Assembly (NCBI GenBank): GCA_964016885.1
Contig: OZ024742.1
Span: 9,486,001 to 9,550,000, forward strand
Reading direction: 5' to 3'
Length of the DNA: 64,000 nucleotides
DNA from: Eledone cirrhosa
Lineage: Eukaryota
This document shows positions 1-15,789 of the stretch, piece after piece (positions within the stretch are counted from its first letter, which is position 1; each line of letters begins with the position of its first letter). Both the position numbers and the translations under genes were made by a program. Below the pieces are notes generated by a model. It was not told where the DNA came from, did not search any database, and saw only the letters and a program-made list of their open reading frames with translations.

Positions 1-259
1 AAAATTTCACTTTACCTTGCAGTTGACTTCTCAACATTGCTGTATAGATCTGAATCATAGGCACCATATAGATAAGGTATTGTATGGTACTTTCCACAAG
101 ATATATCTCCATTTTCCTGTTAAAAGAAATAGATTGTGATCGTATTGGAGTTGAGATCAGTTGACAGTGCACGAAAAAAAGGAGGAAAAAATATATTTCC
201 CACAAAAATAGTAGGAAGTCTTCTATAATACTCCCGTATCCTATCTCTGCATATATATG

Positions 260-520
260 ACAGAATACTCCTTCAATCTTATTATGAGTGCGTTTATAAA
301 ATAATGAGGCATATATGTGGATATCACTTCATATATGCTACTGAATACTCCTTTAATCTAAATATGGGTTAGTGTATCTGTAAAACAATGTAGCATAATT
401 GTGTCTATCTATTAATATATGCTGCAATGTACTCCTTTAATCTAAATATGATTAACATAATTTCTGTAAGATAATATGACAAATATGAAATATATGTGTT
501 CTTTAATTTAAAATATATTT
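260..520. repeat. Degenerate ~80-86 bp tandem repeat, 3-4 copies
   Basis: Motif TACTCCTTYAATCT(A/T)AATATG recurs at ~265, ~346 and ~430, and degenerately at ~500, with similar spacers. Confidence 0.6.
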
Positions 521-767
521 CATACACCTCTCTACACCAGGTTCCAAAAACAAGGCATAAGTATTAGACTGTTCTACCAACTTCTATTCAGGTAGCTAAC
601 AGTCATTCTTTACTCAATTAACTTTCCCTTTCTCAGGTCACAGTTACTGCCCGGCATGTCTTCATATGAGACCAGCACAGGAAGGAATATTATAATAATG
701 ATAATTGTTTGTAATAAAGTTGTAAGGCCAATGATTTGAATACAGGAGAAGTCCATGGAATTGACCA

Positions 768-770
<3 letters not shown>

Positions 771-834
<64 letters not shown>
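771..834. repeat. (TAC)n trinucleotide microsatellite
   Basis: Perfect run of about 21 units. It explains the poly-Thr in ORF 736..1023. Confidence 0.97.
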
Positions 835-859
835 GATATTTATAATTATAGATATAGTA

Positions 860-4677
<3,818 letters not shown>

Positions 4678-5316
4678 AATGCTGGGACATCTTAGGAGGC
4701 ACAACATGAATAATATCATACAAACAGGCAGCCGTTGAATTAGTTCCAACTCAGTTGCTTTACTTTCCTATAAATGCTTTTATTTATATTAACTCCATTC
4801 AGAAATAAATTGTGTATAAGACAAGTAGAAGCGGTTTACTGAATGATGAAGTGGATAATGAAAATAAAGTGAAATATAGACTGATGATATTGGCTAAGTC
4901 AATAAATATTCCAGCAAGGAAATTTCTTCTACGACCTCTGACATGCTTATATTCTGTTCTTATTTTGTTTTCGCTTTTATAACTTTTATAACGATTTATT
5001 GAAAGGCAGATGATGTAGCTGGTATAACAGGGAATAAAGTGACAAGACACCGCTTCGTTTCGTAACAGACGCACTGAGCTATGTCCACCTATATGATGCT
5101 TAATTCTCTAAAGGACCTCCCCGATTCCCTGAAAAACAAAAAAATATCTGCTAGGGTTCAATCATCGCTTCAATCATCAGTACTACTGTAAGAGTGACAT
5201 GTGATTAGTCTTGTTGTTGTTGATGTTGTTGTTTATCTCACGATCAATATATCTGTAGTGAAGACCATTCGTATCAGGCCTATCTCACCTTTAAGATATG
5301 CTCTATGTATAAATAA

Positions 5317-5626
5317 GGCGGTGAACTGCCAGAGTCGTTAGAACATCGGATAGAATGATTTTCCGTATTTGCTTTGGCTGTCTGCTCTCTGAGTTCAAAT
5401 CCCACCGAAGTCAACTTTGCCTTTTATCCATACATGGTCTAAAACAAAAATTACGACTGAAGTACTGGGTTCAATGCTTCATCTATATGTCATTCTGACT
5501 TCCATTTTCTCACTCTCTCTTAATTTCTGTGGAAGAAATATTCTGTATTCAGAATTTGAGAGGAGATGGGCTCCTCCAGGTTTAAAATGCCCTAGAGACG
5601 CTGTATATCAATACGGCACCCCTAAC
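5317..5626 (+). mobile_element. tRNA-derived SINE, family 1, long-tailed variant
   Basis: Head GGCGGTGAACTGCCAGAGTCGTTAG, B-box-like GAGTTCAAATCCC and core GTCAACTTTGCCTTT. The 3' extension is shared with 17405-17706 and 59225-59520. Confidence 0.8.
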
Positions 5627-5755
5627 CCGGGGAAACGAAAATGTATAGGACTACATTCGAAATTCCCTCTAAACTTCATTACATCCTGCCTAAAGACAAA
5701 CAAAATTCAGCTCAGCCGTCGGGCAATAACTTTTCACTATACAATATATATATAT

Positions 5756-5985
5756 AGGTGTATGGTTGCAAGAAAAATTGCGTCCGTAGGAGTAATGCCG
5801 GTCGCGCAGAGCAGAGTATAATACGATAAGAATAAAGGAACAATGATTCAGTGTTGCATCATAACATATTACATATGTTTCACCATCGGTCAGCTCAAGG
5901 AAAGACCTATTATCGATCGAACCTGACTCTGTAATCGAAAGATCATCAGATATGTTTCCTATGGATTTCGTCTCCGATTCTATCT
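5756..5985 (-). mobile_element. Short non-coding HHR-bearing repeat, probably a Penelope-like 3' end, between microsatellites
   Basis: Carries the hammerhead at 5863-5956 and is flanked by (TA)n and (TCTA)n/(TA)n. Confidence 0.55.
5863..5956 (-). ncRNA. Type I hammerhead ribozyme motif with a long, degenerate stem II
   Basis: Minus strand reads AACAUAU-CUGAUGA-[~61 nt]-GAAA-C-AUAU-G-UA-AUAUGUU. It has a perfect 7-bp stem I, a complete core, a palindromic minimal stem III and a GUA cleavage triplet. Confidence 0.75.
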
Positions 5986-5998
5986 ATCTATCTATCTA

Positions 5999-6037
<39 letters not shown>

Positions 6038-6101
6038 GTGGAACACTGGAAGGTAATATCCGTAGTGGCAGAGCACTCAGTCCGAGGGACGTGTTAGGTA
6101 G

Positions 6102-6353
6102 AAGTGGTTACACAACAGTTAGTTCACCATACCGAGAACAATTGTTTCACCTTAGCGGATCTTCAGCTCGGGATGTGTATGGTTATAGAAACAGGAAGGA
6201 CAACCGTACGAACGCACATGCGCAGAAACTCGCTTACTTCACACAGGCAATACTAGACTGCGTGCAGGAGGTGCAAGGGAGATAACTGCGAAAGTCCGGA
6301 AAGTTTTTAGGTTGAAAATAAAATTAAAATAAAATAAAAAATAAAATTACAAA
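6102..6353. repeat. Left arm of the ~250-bp inverted repeat (PLE 3' UTR/pLTR); partner at 8307-8551
   Basis: AAGTGGTTACACAACAGTTAGTTCACCATACCG...GAAAGTCCGGAAAGTTTTTAGGTTGAAA is the reverse complement of 8307-8551, with scattered substitutions. Confidence 0.95.
6126..6183 (-). ncRNA. Minimal type I hammerhead ribozyme in the PLE 3' UTR
   Basis: Minus strand reads ACCAUA-cacauc-CCGAG-CUGAAGA-uccgcuaaggu-GAAA-C-AAUU-G-UU-CUCGG-UAUGGU. Stem I is CCGAG/CUCGG plus ACCAUA/UAUGGU, and stem III has a palindromic AAUU loop. Confidence 0.85.
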
Positions 6354-6356
6354 TAA

Positions 6357-8298
6357 TCAGTCCGGAGCCTTGTAGTTATGCAATAGATGTTTGGTGACGT
6401 GTGGACAATGTGTGAACAATTCACTTATTGTGTTTAGGCAATCACTATTGCGTAATCTCTTTAGTATAGTTATTCGTTCGTTAATACATAAGCCATACGT
6501 CGGATATCCCCTTACGTATGGCTTAGACTTAGTGATGGCTTTCCATTGAATGGAGTAGCCTATACTTGAGTCCTTGAGGGACCATACGAGGCTCGCGAGT
6601 TTCGTGGATGAACGTCTGTCCGGGTATCTGAAGGTAGACTGGTGGTTCAGGAAACGCTCCTTGAATCGGCCCTCCGCCTAGCCCAAATAGGATTTGACCT
6701 CCTGTGGTTCGTTTGGTCGGTTGGAAGTGACCAGAGCTTCATAGATTACAGTTGGTGTGTTGCATTGCTGTTGCAGGGGGAAAGCTTCAGGCTTACGGCA
6801 AGAGCACCTTGGTGGGGTATTGCTCCTAGGGCTGCTGGTGATGTGAGCCTTCATGTTCTTAGCGCAGGAGTATCCTAGTTTAACTTTGTGTCGGTTAAAC
6901 ATGGAGCGGTATTTATGACCTATGGGCAAGTGTCTATCTAAGAGGGCTAGAAATATTTTTCCTACTTTGGTTTTAACGTTGAGTGAGAAGGGAGGAGAGA
7001 ACCAGATAGTTTGTCTATTGTTGCGCTTACTTTTCTTAATGGTGTTGTTGCTAGTGGGAGAGTAGGTGATAGGTTGTGAGAAGCCGCTGTTAGCCAACGC
7101 CGTGTTATAGTAGGGTGCCGCCCTGTCAAAGATAGCCTTATTAGAGGAGAGGTTTGAGATTCTAGTACTGATATTCTTAACGAAGTTTCTAAAAACAGTG
7201 GGAGGGTGGCATGAGTCCTTGTGAATGTAATTAAGTTTCTCGTTTAGCTTACGGAAGGGTTTGTGGGTGTGTCTGCGAAGGTCTAAATTAATGTCTAAGA
7301 AATATACGCTAGATAGGTTGGAGGCTACTGTTATCTTAAGGCCTAACTCATTGAAGGTAGAATCAAAGTCTTTTTTAAACCGGTCGAGGTCGTGACCAAT
7401 TTTATGGCTCGATAAAGTCAGTCCATTGTCACGGTATATTCCCGTGTGGAAGGAAGTCCGGGAATCTAACACGTAATATGTCTAAGATAAAAAGGCCAAC
7501 CAAGTCACATACGTCAGCACTGTCAAACGATCCCATGGAGACGTCGAACAGGTCTGAAGATGTAGACTTCTTTGCCCAGGCTACTCCGTCGTTGAAGAGG
7601 AGGGTTTTCCGGCAGTGAGCGATGATTTCCCTGTCTAAACCATCGACGGTGGTATAAGTGGTAGCGAAGTCCAACGCTTTGTTTAACAGGGTCTCTGAGA
7701 TCGACGGGTAAACATCGACAAAGTCAAACTGTGTGAACTTCGCTTTTTTGGATTTAAAGGAGTTAAACCACTTAATTACGGAGTCGCTGTTCTCCCACTG
7801 GGGAAGGTTGGACTTGGTCCTAATGGTCTTAACTATGTTTCTAAGTATCACCTTACTGACTAGTCCCATATCTGTGCGTGCCGGGTTTATTAGTCTACAT
7901 GTGGGGTTAGAAGTAACGTCTACCTTGTGATCTTTCAGGGTGAGGAACGCCTCCCGCTTAGCTAGAGTTTGTAGCTTCTTATCTACCTTAAGGTCGGTAG
8001 CGAGTTCCTTGGCTTCTGTATTAATGTCGTGGTAGGCCATAAGGTTAGCTTTCTTATATTTACAAGTAATAGCGTTATGGGCCAGGTGGCGGAAAGTGGT
8101 GTTGTCGACTTCGTAAATATTATTAATTTTGTCGGAAAGGACGAAGGTGTAATTAGAATAACTAAATTTCTTAATATGGTTTCTGAGTTTCGTTTGAAAG
8201 GTGTTAGTGTGTTTGCGAAAGGAAATGTTAGCGACTAAGTCAAGAAGGTCCGTCTCGAAAGGAGCAAGTTCCGTTACCTTAGGAGGGTAGGCTCTGGA
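6357..8298 (-). pseudogene. PLE reverse transcriptase + GIY-YIG endonuclease, disrupted
   Basis: The frame is open upstream of ATG 8040 (SRAYPPKVTELAPFETDLL...SDKINNIY). Motifs include TLKDHK, CRLINPA, FDFVDVYPSI, MGSFDSADVCDLVG, YRDNGL (YRDD mutated), FLDINLDL, SCHPP, WFSPPFS, CSCR and VIY...YLG. There is a frameshift at ~7450-7470 and an in-frame TAG at 6678-6680. The frame continues AEGRFKERFLNHQSTF...LCINER...CLN...CPH...APD to TGA at 6357. Confidence 0.92.
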
Positions 8299-8469
8299 AG
8301 TAATTCTTTGTAATTTTATTTTAAATTTTATTTTAATTTCAACCTAAAAACTTTCCGGACTTTCGCAGTTATCTACCTTACACCTCTCGCAGGCAATCTA
8401 GTATTGCCTGTGTGAATTGACCGAGATTCTATGCATGCGCGTTCGTACGGTTGTCCTTCCTGTCTTATA

Positions 8470-8527
8470 ACCATACACATCCCGAGCTGAAGATCCGCTA
8501 AGGTGAAACAATTGTTTTCGGTATGGT
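8470..8527 (+). ncRNA. Minimal type I hammerhead ribozyme, inverted copy in the right arm
   Basis: CCGAG-CTGAAGA-TCCGCTAAGGT-GAAA-C-AATT-G-TT-TTCGG. The core is identical to 6126-6183, and one stem I G-C pair has become G-U. Confidence 0.82.
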
Positions 8528-8826
8528 GAACTAACTGTTGTGTAACCACTTATATATATATATATATATACATATATATACTCATATATATATATATAAA
8601 TATATATAAGTATGTACACGTACATAAATATATGTATACAGACGTACAGTAGTATGTATGTACGTGCGTGTACATACTTATATTTAAGTAACAGCCGTAC
8701 TAAGAGTGAGAAATGAAATTTCGTTTCATTTTTTCCGTTTATCGTTTTCGGTGCACCCGGCCGATTAACCCACTCGATATGCAAATTGGGCTACTCAGCC
8801 GTTATATGCATAAGGTAAGTATATAC

Positions 8827-8913
8827 GTTCAACAATCTGGCAGGAAGGTATACGTTGCTGACGATAGCTAATAAGCTTGAAACTAGTACAGCGTTCCTTT
8901 GTCAGTGTAGAAC
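8827..8913 (+). ncRNA. Type I hammerhead ribozyme, unit 1
   Basis: ACGTTG-CTGACGA-T-AGCT-AATA-AGCT-T-GAAA-C-TA-G-TA-CAGCGT. Cleavage is predicted after A8888. Stem I extends outward (CTGGC/GTCAG, AGGAA/TTCCT). Confidence 0.85.
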
Positions 8914-9010
8914 AAACGAGCAACGATGGTTACTAGACACGACGGCTTAATACGGGATGTTTGTTTACTAACACACCGAGCATTATAATAAATGTTTGGT
9001 GAATCCATAC

Positions 9011-9068
<58 letters not shown>

Positions 9069-9282
9069 ATGTGTGTATATATATACATACTACTGTACGT
9101 CTGTATACATATATGTATGTACGTGTACGTACTTATATTTAAGTAATAGCCGTACTAAGAGTGGGAAATGAAATTTCGTTTCATTTTTTCCGTTTATCGT
9201 TTTCGGTGCACCCGGCCGATTAACCCACTCGATATGCAAATTGTTCTACTCAGCCGTTAATATGCATAAGGTAAGTATATAC

Positions 9283-9369
9283 GTTCAACAATCTGGCAGG
9301 AAGGTATACGTTGCTGACGATAGCTAATAAGCTTGAAACTAGTACAGCGTTCCTTTGTCAGTGTTGAAC
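9283..9369 (+). ncRNA. Type I hammerhead ribozyme, unit 2
   Basis: Core at 9308-9350 is identical to unit 1. The outer stem GTTCAACA/TGTTGAAC is perfect. Cleavage is predicted after A9344. Confidence 0.85.
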
Positions 9370-9620
9370 AAACGCTCAACGATGGTTGCTAGACACTACG
9401 GCTTAATACGGGATGTTTGTTTACAAACACACCGAGCATTATAATAAATGTTCGGTGAATCCATACATACATATATATATATATGTGTGCATGTATGTAT
9501 ATATATATACATACTACTGTACGTCTGTATACATATATGTATGTACGTGTACGTACTTATATTTAAGTAACAGCCGTACTAAGAGTGGGAAATGAAATTT
9601 CGTTTCATTTTTTCCGTTTA

Positions 9621-9667
<47 letters not shown>

Positions 9668-9699
9668 TACAATGACATTAAATAAATGGAAACCATATT

Positions 9700-9760
9700 T
9701 ATTCTAAGATATATATTTCAAGGGTACCAAAACTTTCGTACGCCCTCATCAGGTAAAATA
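9700..9760 (-). ncRNA. Type I hammerhead ribozyme motif, slightly decayed
   Basis: Minus strand reads UAUUUUAC-CUGAUGA-GGGcGUAC..GUACCCuu-GAAA-U-AUAU-A-UC-UUAGAAUA. Stem I has 7 pairs with a mismatched closing pair, stem III is palindromic and the triplet is AUC. Confidence 0.6.
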
Positions 9761-9838
9761 CAAAATTTGTTTTATAAATATTGGCATAACCAGGAATAGG
9801 TTCTTCCCAGTTCAAGTTATTCCTGGATATCCCTTTTG

Positions 9839-9895
<57 letters not shown>

Positions 9896-10105
9896 ACAAA
9901 GGAAGTGTGGTAAGGAACCAGATGGACCATAACGCACCAGAGTACTCAATACTTAGGGTAGTAGAGTGGGAAATAAGAACAAGTATGACCCCGACGGCAG
10001 AGCTCAAGCCGTTTCGACGTCTATTTCTGGACGGCTATTTCTAGTCCAGAAATAGCCGTCGAAACGGCTTGAGCTCTGCCGTCGTTGTCATACTTTTTCC
10101 TTTTT
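9896..10105. mobile_element. HHR-family repeat fragment folded back on itself (inverted arms ~9983-10032 and ~10044-10093)
   Basis: 9896-10032 is the reverse complement of 13185-13322. 10030-10083 holds a 13-bp stem II (GACGGCTATTTCT/AGAAATAGCCGTC), GAAA, stem III CGGC/GCCG and GTC, but no CUGANGA. Confidence 0.75.
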
Positions 10106-10114
10106 CCTATATAC

Positions 10115-10197
<83 letters not shown>

Positions 10198-10201
<4 letters not shown>

Positions 10202-10325
10202 AGATGAAATCTAAAATGCAACTGGAGTCTTTTTTTTTTTTTTTTTTTTTTTTAAATATATATATTTAAAAAAATAACAAAAAAAAAAAATAAGACTCCA
10301 GTTGCATTTTCGATTTCATCTCTTT
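10198..10325. repeat. ~128-bp near-perfect palindrome with a poly-T/(TA)/poly-A centre
   Basis: AAAGAGATGAAATCTAAAATGCAACTGGAGTCTT ... AAGACTCCAGTTGCATTTTCGATTTCATCTCTTT, with 1 mismatch in 34 bp. Confidence 0.9.
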
Positions 10326-10389
10326 TTCTTTATACTTTCACTCGTGTAGGACACCTCGGTTATTTTTCAATTTGTAAAAAAAACATCAC

Positions 10390-10460
<71 letters not shown>

Positions 10461-10506
10461 AATATGTATATATATCTATATATACACGAACACATACACA
10501 GACACT

Positions 10507-10538
<32 letters not shown>

Positions 10539-11183
10539 AGAAGCCCACCATTTCGTTTATTATCTCCATGTCCTGGTTGTGAGTAAGTAGCCGAGCCGAT
10601 ATAGCCCAATGTCTTAAATTCCAGAATATTGTAACAATAAGGAAATATATATAATCTTTAGATCTATAAAACATTAATGCAATATCATACCAAACAATGT
10701 AAGTAGTAATATATATGTTCTCAGGCAGAGCATGTAATACTATTACAATAACAATTTTTAAAGTGATGGTACAGACATCTTTGCTACACTATATTTCTAG
10801 ACAATTTTAATACTATGACTGGTAACATCATATAAGACTTAGAAATATAATAAAAACAATATTTATTTAAACTTTATAGCAAGAACTATATTATGAAATG
10901 GTAAATGTTTGACTTTTTTAATAGAAATTCTAAGAAAAGATTACTCCTCTTTGTTTTTCAATATTCTTAGTGCAAGTGTAGGAAACATGGTAAGAATCGT
11001 AGCGTGAAATGTATTAGTATTAAATTTGGTCTCACCACCATGCTGTATATATCATCTTTAGTGTGAGAACAAATGTATGTATCATGGGAGTTATCTTTTC
11101 CTAACTAAAATTCTGAAGAAACATTGCGGATATTGTTTTATTAGGTACACGAATACACACACACACACACACACATACACACA

Positions 11184-11295
<112 letters not shown>

Positions 11296-11390
11296 CATAT
11301 GTGTGTGTCTGTCTGTCTGTCTGTATATGTACATACATACACACATATATATATATATAACTATATATAAATAAATAAATATATATACGT

Positions 11391-11479
<89 letters not shown>

Positions 11480-12031
11480 CATACATACATACATACATAC
11501 ATCATAGCCATATATATGTATATATATATATATATATGTGTGTGTGAGAGAGAGAGAGAGGCAGTGAGTGTTTGGTTAGTACCACTTTAGGAATTGCGTT
11601 TGGTCTCAAATGTCTTTAGAGCAAAAGTTAAATTTGGTTCTCAAAGCATCAGTTATGGAAAGTACGTACCTTTTTTTAGGTTATTTAATCTTGTGATAGT
11701 TCAAGTGAAATACTGAAAGTCAGACGTCGTTATAATGCTACAGATAGGAAATTATACTTACGATAGACAAACTTAGATTTGCTACACTATTGCCTTCTAC
11801 TAATGTTAGTCCTATGAAACTATACATGTTGCATCTTAACAACCGTAAACAATGTTTTGTTTCTTTCTGCTTCTTTGAGCATAAATGTAATCACTGTTTT
11901 TCATTTTATCTTTTACCAATGTTTGTCTACGTGTGTATATGTGTGTATATGTGTGTATGTGTGTGTATGTGTGTGTATTTGTGTGTAATATTAATATTTG
12001 TAGTGTCTCAAATGCCTATTCATTTATATAA

Positions 12032-12069
<38 letters not shown>

Positions 12070-12407
12070 TAGACATATATATATATAGATAGAGAGAGCG
12101 GGGGGGGGGGGGTCAGAAAGACAAACAGAGGTAGACAGAGAGTTAAATAGATATAAATATATGTGTGGTTGTCTGCTTGTATTTGTGTGAGTTTAAGTGA
12201 GTCTGTGTTTGTAGATGTGTGTATACATGTATTGTAGATGAATAAGAATACGTATAAATACATACACGAATATATTATATTACACACATATATGAATACA
12301 TATTCATAAATAACCATATATTTTTATATTATCTATTTAGGTCTCTATCGCTCAAATATATATATGTATATACACACACAAGATTAGAGGACAACATTAT
12401 TTTTCCA

Positions 12408-12524
<117 letters not shown>

Positions 12525-13059
12525 TTATATATATATACACACACACACATATATATATATATTTGTGGTTGCTGGCCTTGTGCCTAGGGTAGAAACAATT
12601 ATTTCGTATTGGTCTCGGGACTCTGAATTATTATTTCGTGGTAGTTTCTTTAGTATTTTGGCCCCCCACTTGTTGACCCGTCACCGTAAGATATACTCGG
12701 TTGATTACTACTACGTCTTAAAAGGGTCTCATTATAATTCCGTCCCACCTAGTATACTTTTCTATAGTCTAGTAGTACCAGTGAGAGACTTGATGGCTGT
12801 CGTTGGGGAATAGTAACCAGAAATTGTTTTTTTTTATATTTAATTGTTTTTTTTAACATTCTCGGTATTCTTCTATATGTTTACCCCATATTGTTTTACT
12901 TTTTGTTTCGACTTCCTCCCTCTCCCTCTCCCTAGTATACTTCCTTGACCTCCTGCCCTGCTGTAGTTGGCACTATCAACGCACGACTGGGTTTCATCCA
13001 CCCCCTCTCCCTCTTTCTTCTACTGGCAGGTTCAGCTACCTCTTCCTTCCACAAATTGC

Positions 13060-13322
13060 CATGATAGAATTATGTCTCAACAACAGACTTTTGACCAATC
13101 CTTGTGACAATCACTTTTACCATATATGGAATTACCCTCTGAGAAGCTCGGCTATTCATATACCAGGATAAAAATGTTCATTTAGTCCAGAATTAGCCGT
13201 CGAAACGGCTTGAGCACAGCCGTCGGGGTCCTACTCATTCCTATTACCCACTCTACTACCCTAAGTATTGAGTACTTTGGTGCGTTATGGTCCACCTGCT
13301 TCCTTACCACTTTTCCTTCGTT
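13060..13322 (+). mobile_element. 3' end of an HHR-bearing repeat with a decayed full-stem-III hammerhead at 13134-13229
   Basis: ACCCT-CTGAGAA(variant core)-GCTCGGCTA...TAGCCGTC-GAAA-CGGCT-tgagcac-AGCCG-TC-GGGGT. It ends in (TA)n and is homologous to 9896-10105. The left boundary is approximate. Confidence 0.65.
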
Positions 13323-13750
13323 ATATATATATATCCTAAACGGACGGTAGTCTGTTTAGTAATATTGTTGTGGTCGTGTTTTCGTTGGCAATCGTCTGTT
13401 TACGACAGTACAGCGCGGCTCTACTTTATTTAACTGAGATAAAACTTATATGAGCATGAACAGTAGATCATTACGCATCTTTTGTCTTAAAAATCTAGAA
13501 ATTTGGTCCAACGGGAAAAAGTTTATAATCAAAGTTTGCTGATAAATCTTGTGTTCAAGTGAGTGAGTAGTAAGCGTGACGCTAGGGGAGGTAATCCAGA
13601 AATGACGTAGCTTTGTCATTAAGCCAGTTGCCTCAACTAGATTGCAATTATACTCAAAACAACTTTAAAATGTCAATCACTTGTCAGTAATTCACTATGA
13701 TCATTTAATTATTAGATAGTTGTTGCTTGCATTGCCTTAAAAAATAGTAG

Positions 13751-15012
<1,262 letters not shown>

Positions 15013-15122
15013 TCCTGATGATTTCTCACGAATGACACAGTTCCAGTTCTAGTCATGTAGAAGCTGTTCTATATTAAAACTATATATATATTTATGTATA
15101 TATATTTATCTATATATATAGT

Positions 15123-15330
15123 GAAGGCGTGTGGCTGAGTGGTTAGAGAGTTGGATTCACAATCTTTACGTTGGGAGTTCAATTCCTCAATTCAAGTCCG
15201 ACCGAGCAAGACACTTTATTTCACGTTGCTGCTTCTACTTGGAGTTGCGACCGATAGATAATATTATCAATTGGAAAGACCAACGGAAACATTGTTTCCT
15301 CGGTCCGATTTAACGAAAGTCGATCGATCC

Positions 15331-15331
<1 letters not shown>
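15123..15331 (+). mobile_element. tRNA-derived SINE, family 2
   Basis: A box TGGCTGAGTGG and B box GGGAGTTCAATTCC. The tail TTGGAAAGACCAACGGAAAC..GTTTCCTCGGTCCGATTT is repeated at 20798-20840. Confidence 0.8.
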
Positions 15332-15381
<50 letters not shown>

Positions 15382-15789
15382 CTATATATATAAATAAACT
15401 CTTTAGACGTGCCTTTGATATATATATAATGTATTAGTACTTTTGAAACAGTCGATATAAAAGTATAAAACAATGTGTACCAGTAACGTATTGACTAGAG
15501 GCGGATTAACTAACCTATTTCTTCCCACATAAACAAGGTATGATCTTGTACTTATGCAGCAATCTATTATCTTAACATGGCAGGTAGAAAATCGATTTTT
15601 CCGTCTTTTGAATGTCATAGTACTTTTCGGTTTTCTTCTTGTCTTTTGCTGTTAGTACGAGATGAAGATACGCTACTGAAATCTTTTGCTTTGACATGGT
15701 AACTTGTTGGATATGTTTGACTAATTTAATCAATTTGTTTAAATAACTTAAATCAGTACTACCTGTAATCTCACAAGCTGAAGTTTTGA

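Larger units (their letters stand above)
6035..8551 (-). mobile_element. Penelope-like retroelement (PLE), 5'-truncated, with an inverted copy of its 3' end, inserted in (TA)n
   Basis: RT + GIY-YIG ORF on the minus strand. 6102-6353 is an imperfect inverted repeat of 8307-8551. (TA)n lies on both flanks. Confidence 0.93.
8605..9621 (+). mobile_element. Tandem ~456-bp non-coding HHR-containing repeat (about 2.1 units) with a short 5' inverted segment; retrozyme/pLTR-like
   Basis: ACTTATATTTAAGTAA...GCCGTACTAAGAGTG recurs at ~8676, ~9131 and ~9555. HHR cores start at 8858 and 9314. 8605-8660 is the reverse complement of ~9085-9140. No ORF. Confidence 0.85.

Noticed and set aside
6642-8238. + strand ORFs 6642..6878, 7733..7930 and 8029..8238
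   Set aside because: They are antisense shadows of the PLE RT/EN frame.
13330-13750. Possible Helitron-like fragment after (TA)n
   Set aside because: No convincing terminal hairpin plus CTRR end and no second copy in the window.
15015-15100. CTGATGA followed by a hairpin (ATGAC/GTCAT, TTCT/AGAA)
   Set aside because: No GAAA...UH or stem I partner is recognisable. At most it is a dead HHR relic.
15123-15200. Functional tRNA gene
   Set aside because: It has A/B boxes but no clean acceptor stem, and it continues into a dispersed tail also found at 20792. It is a SINE.
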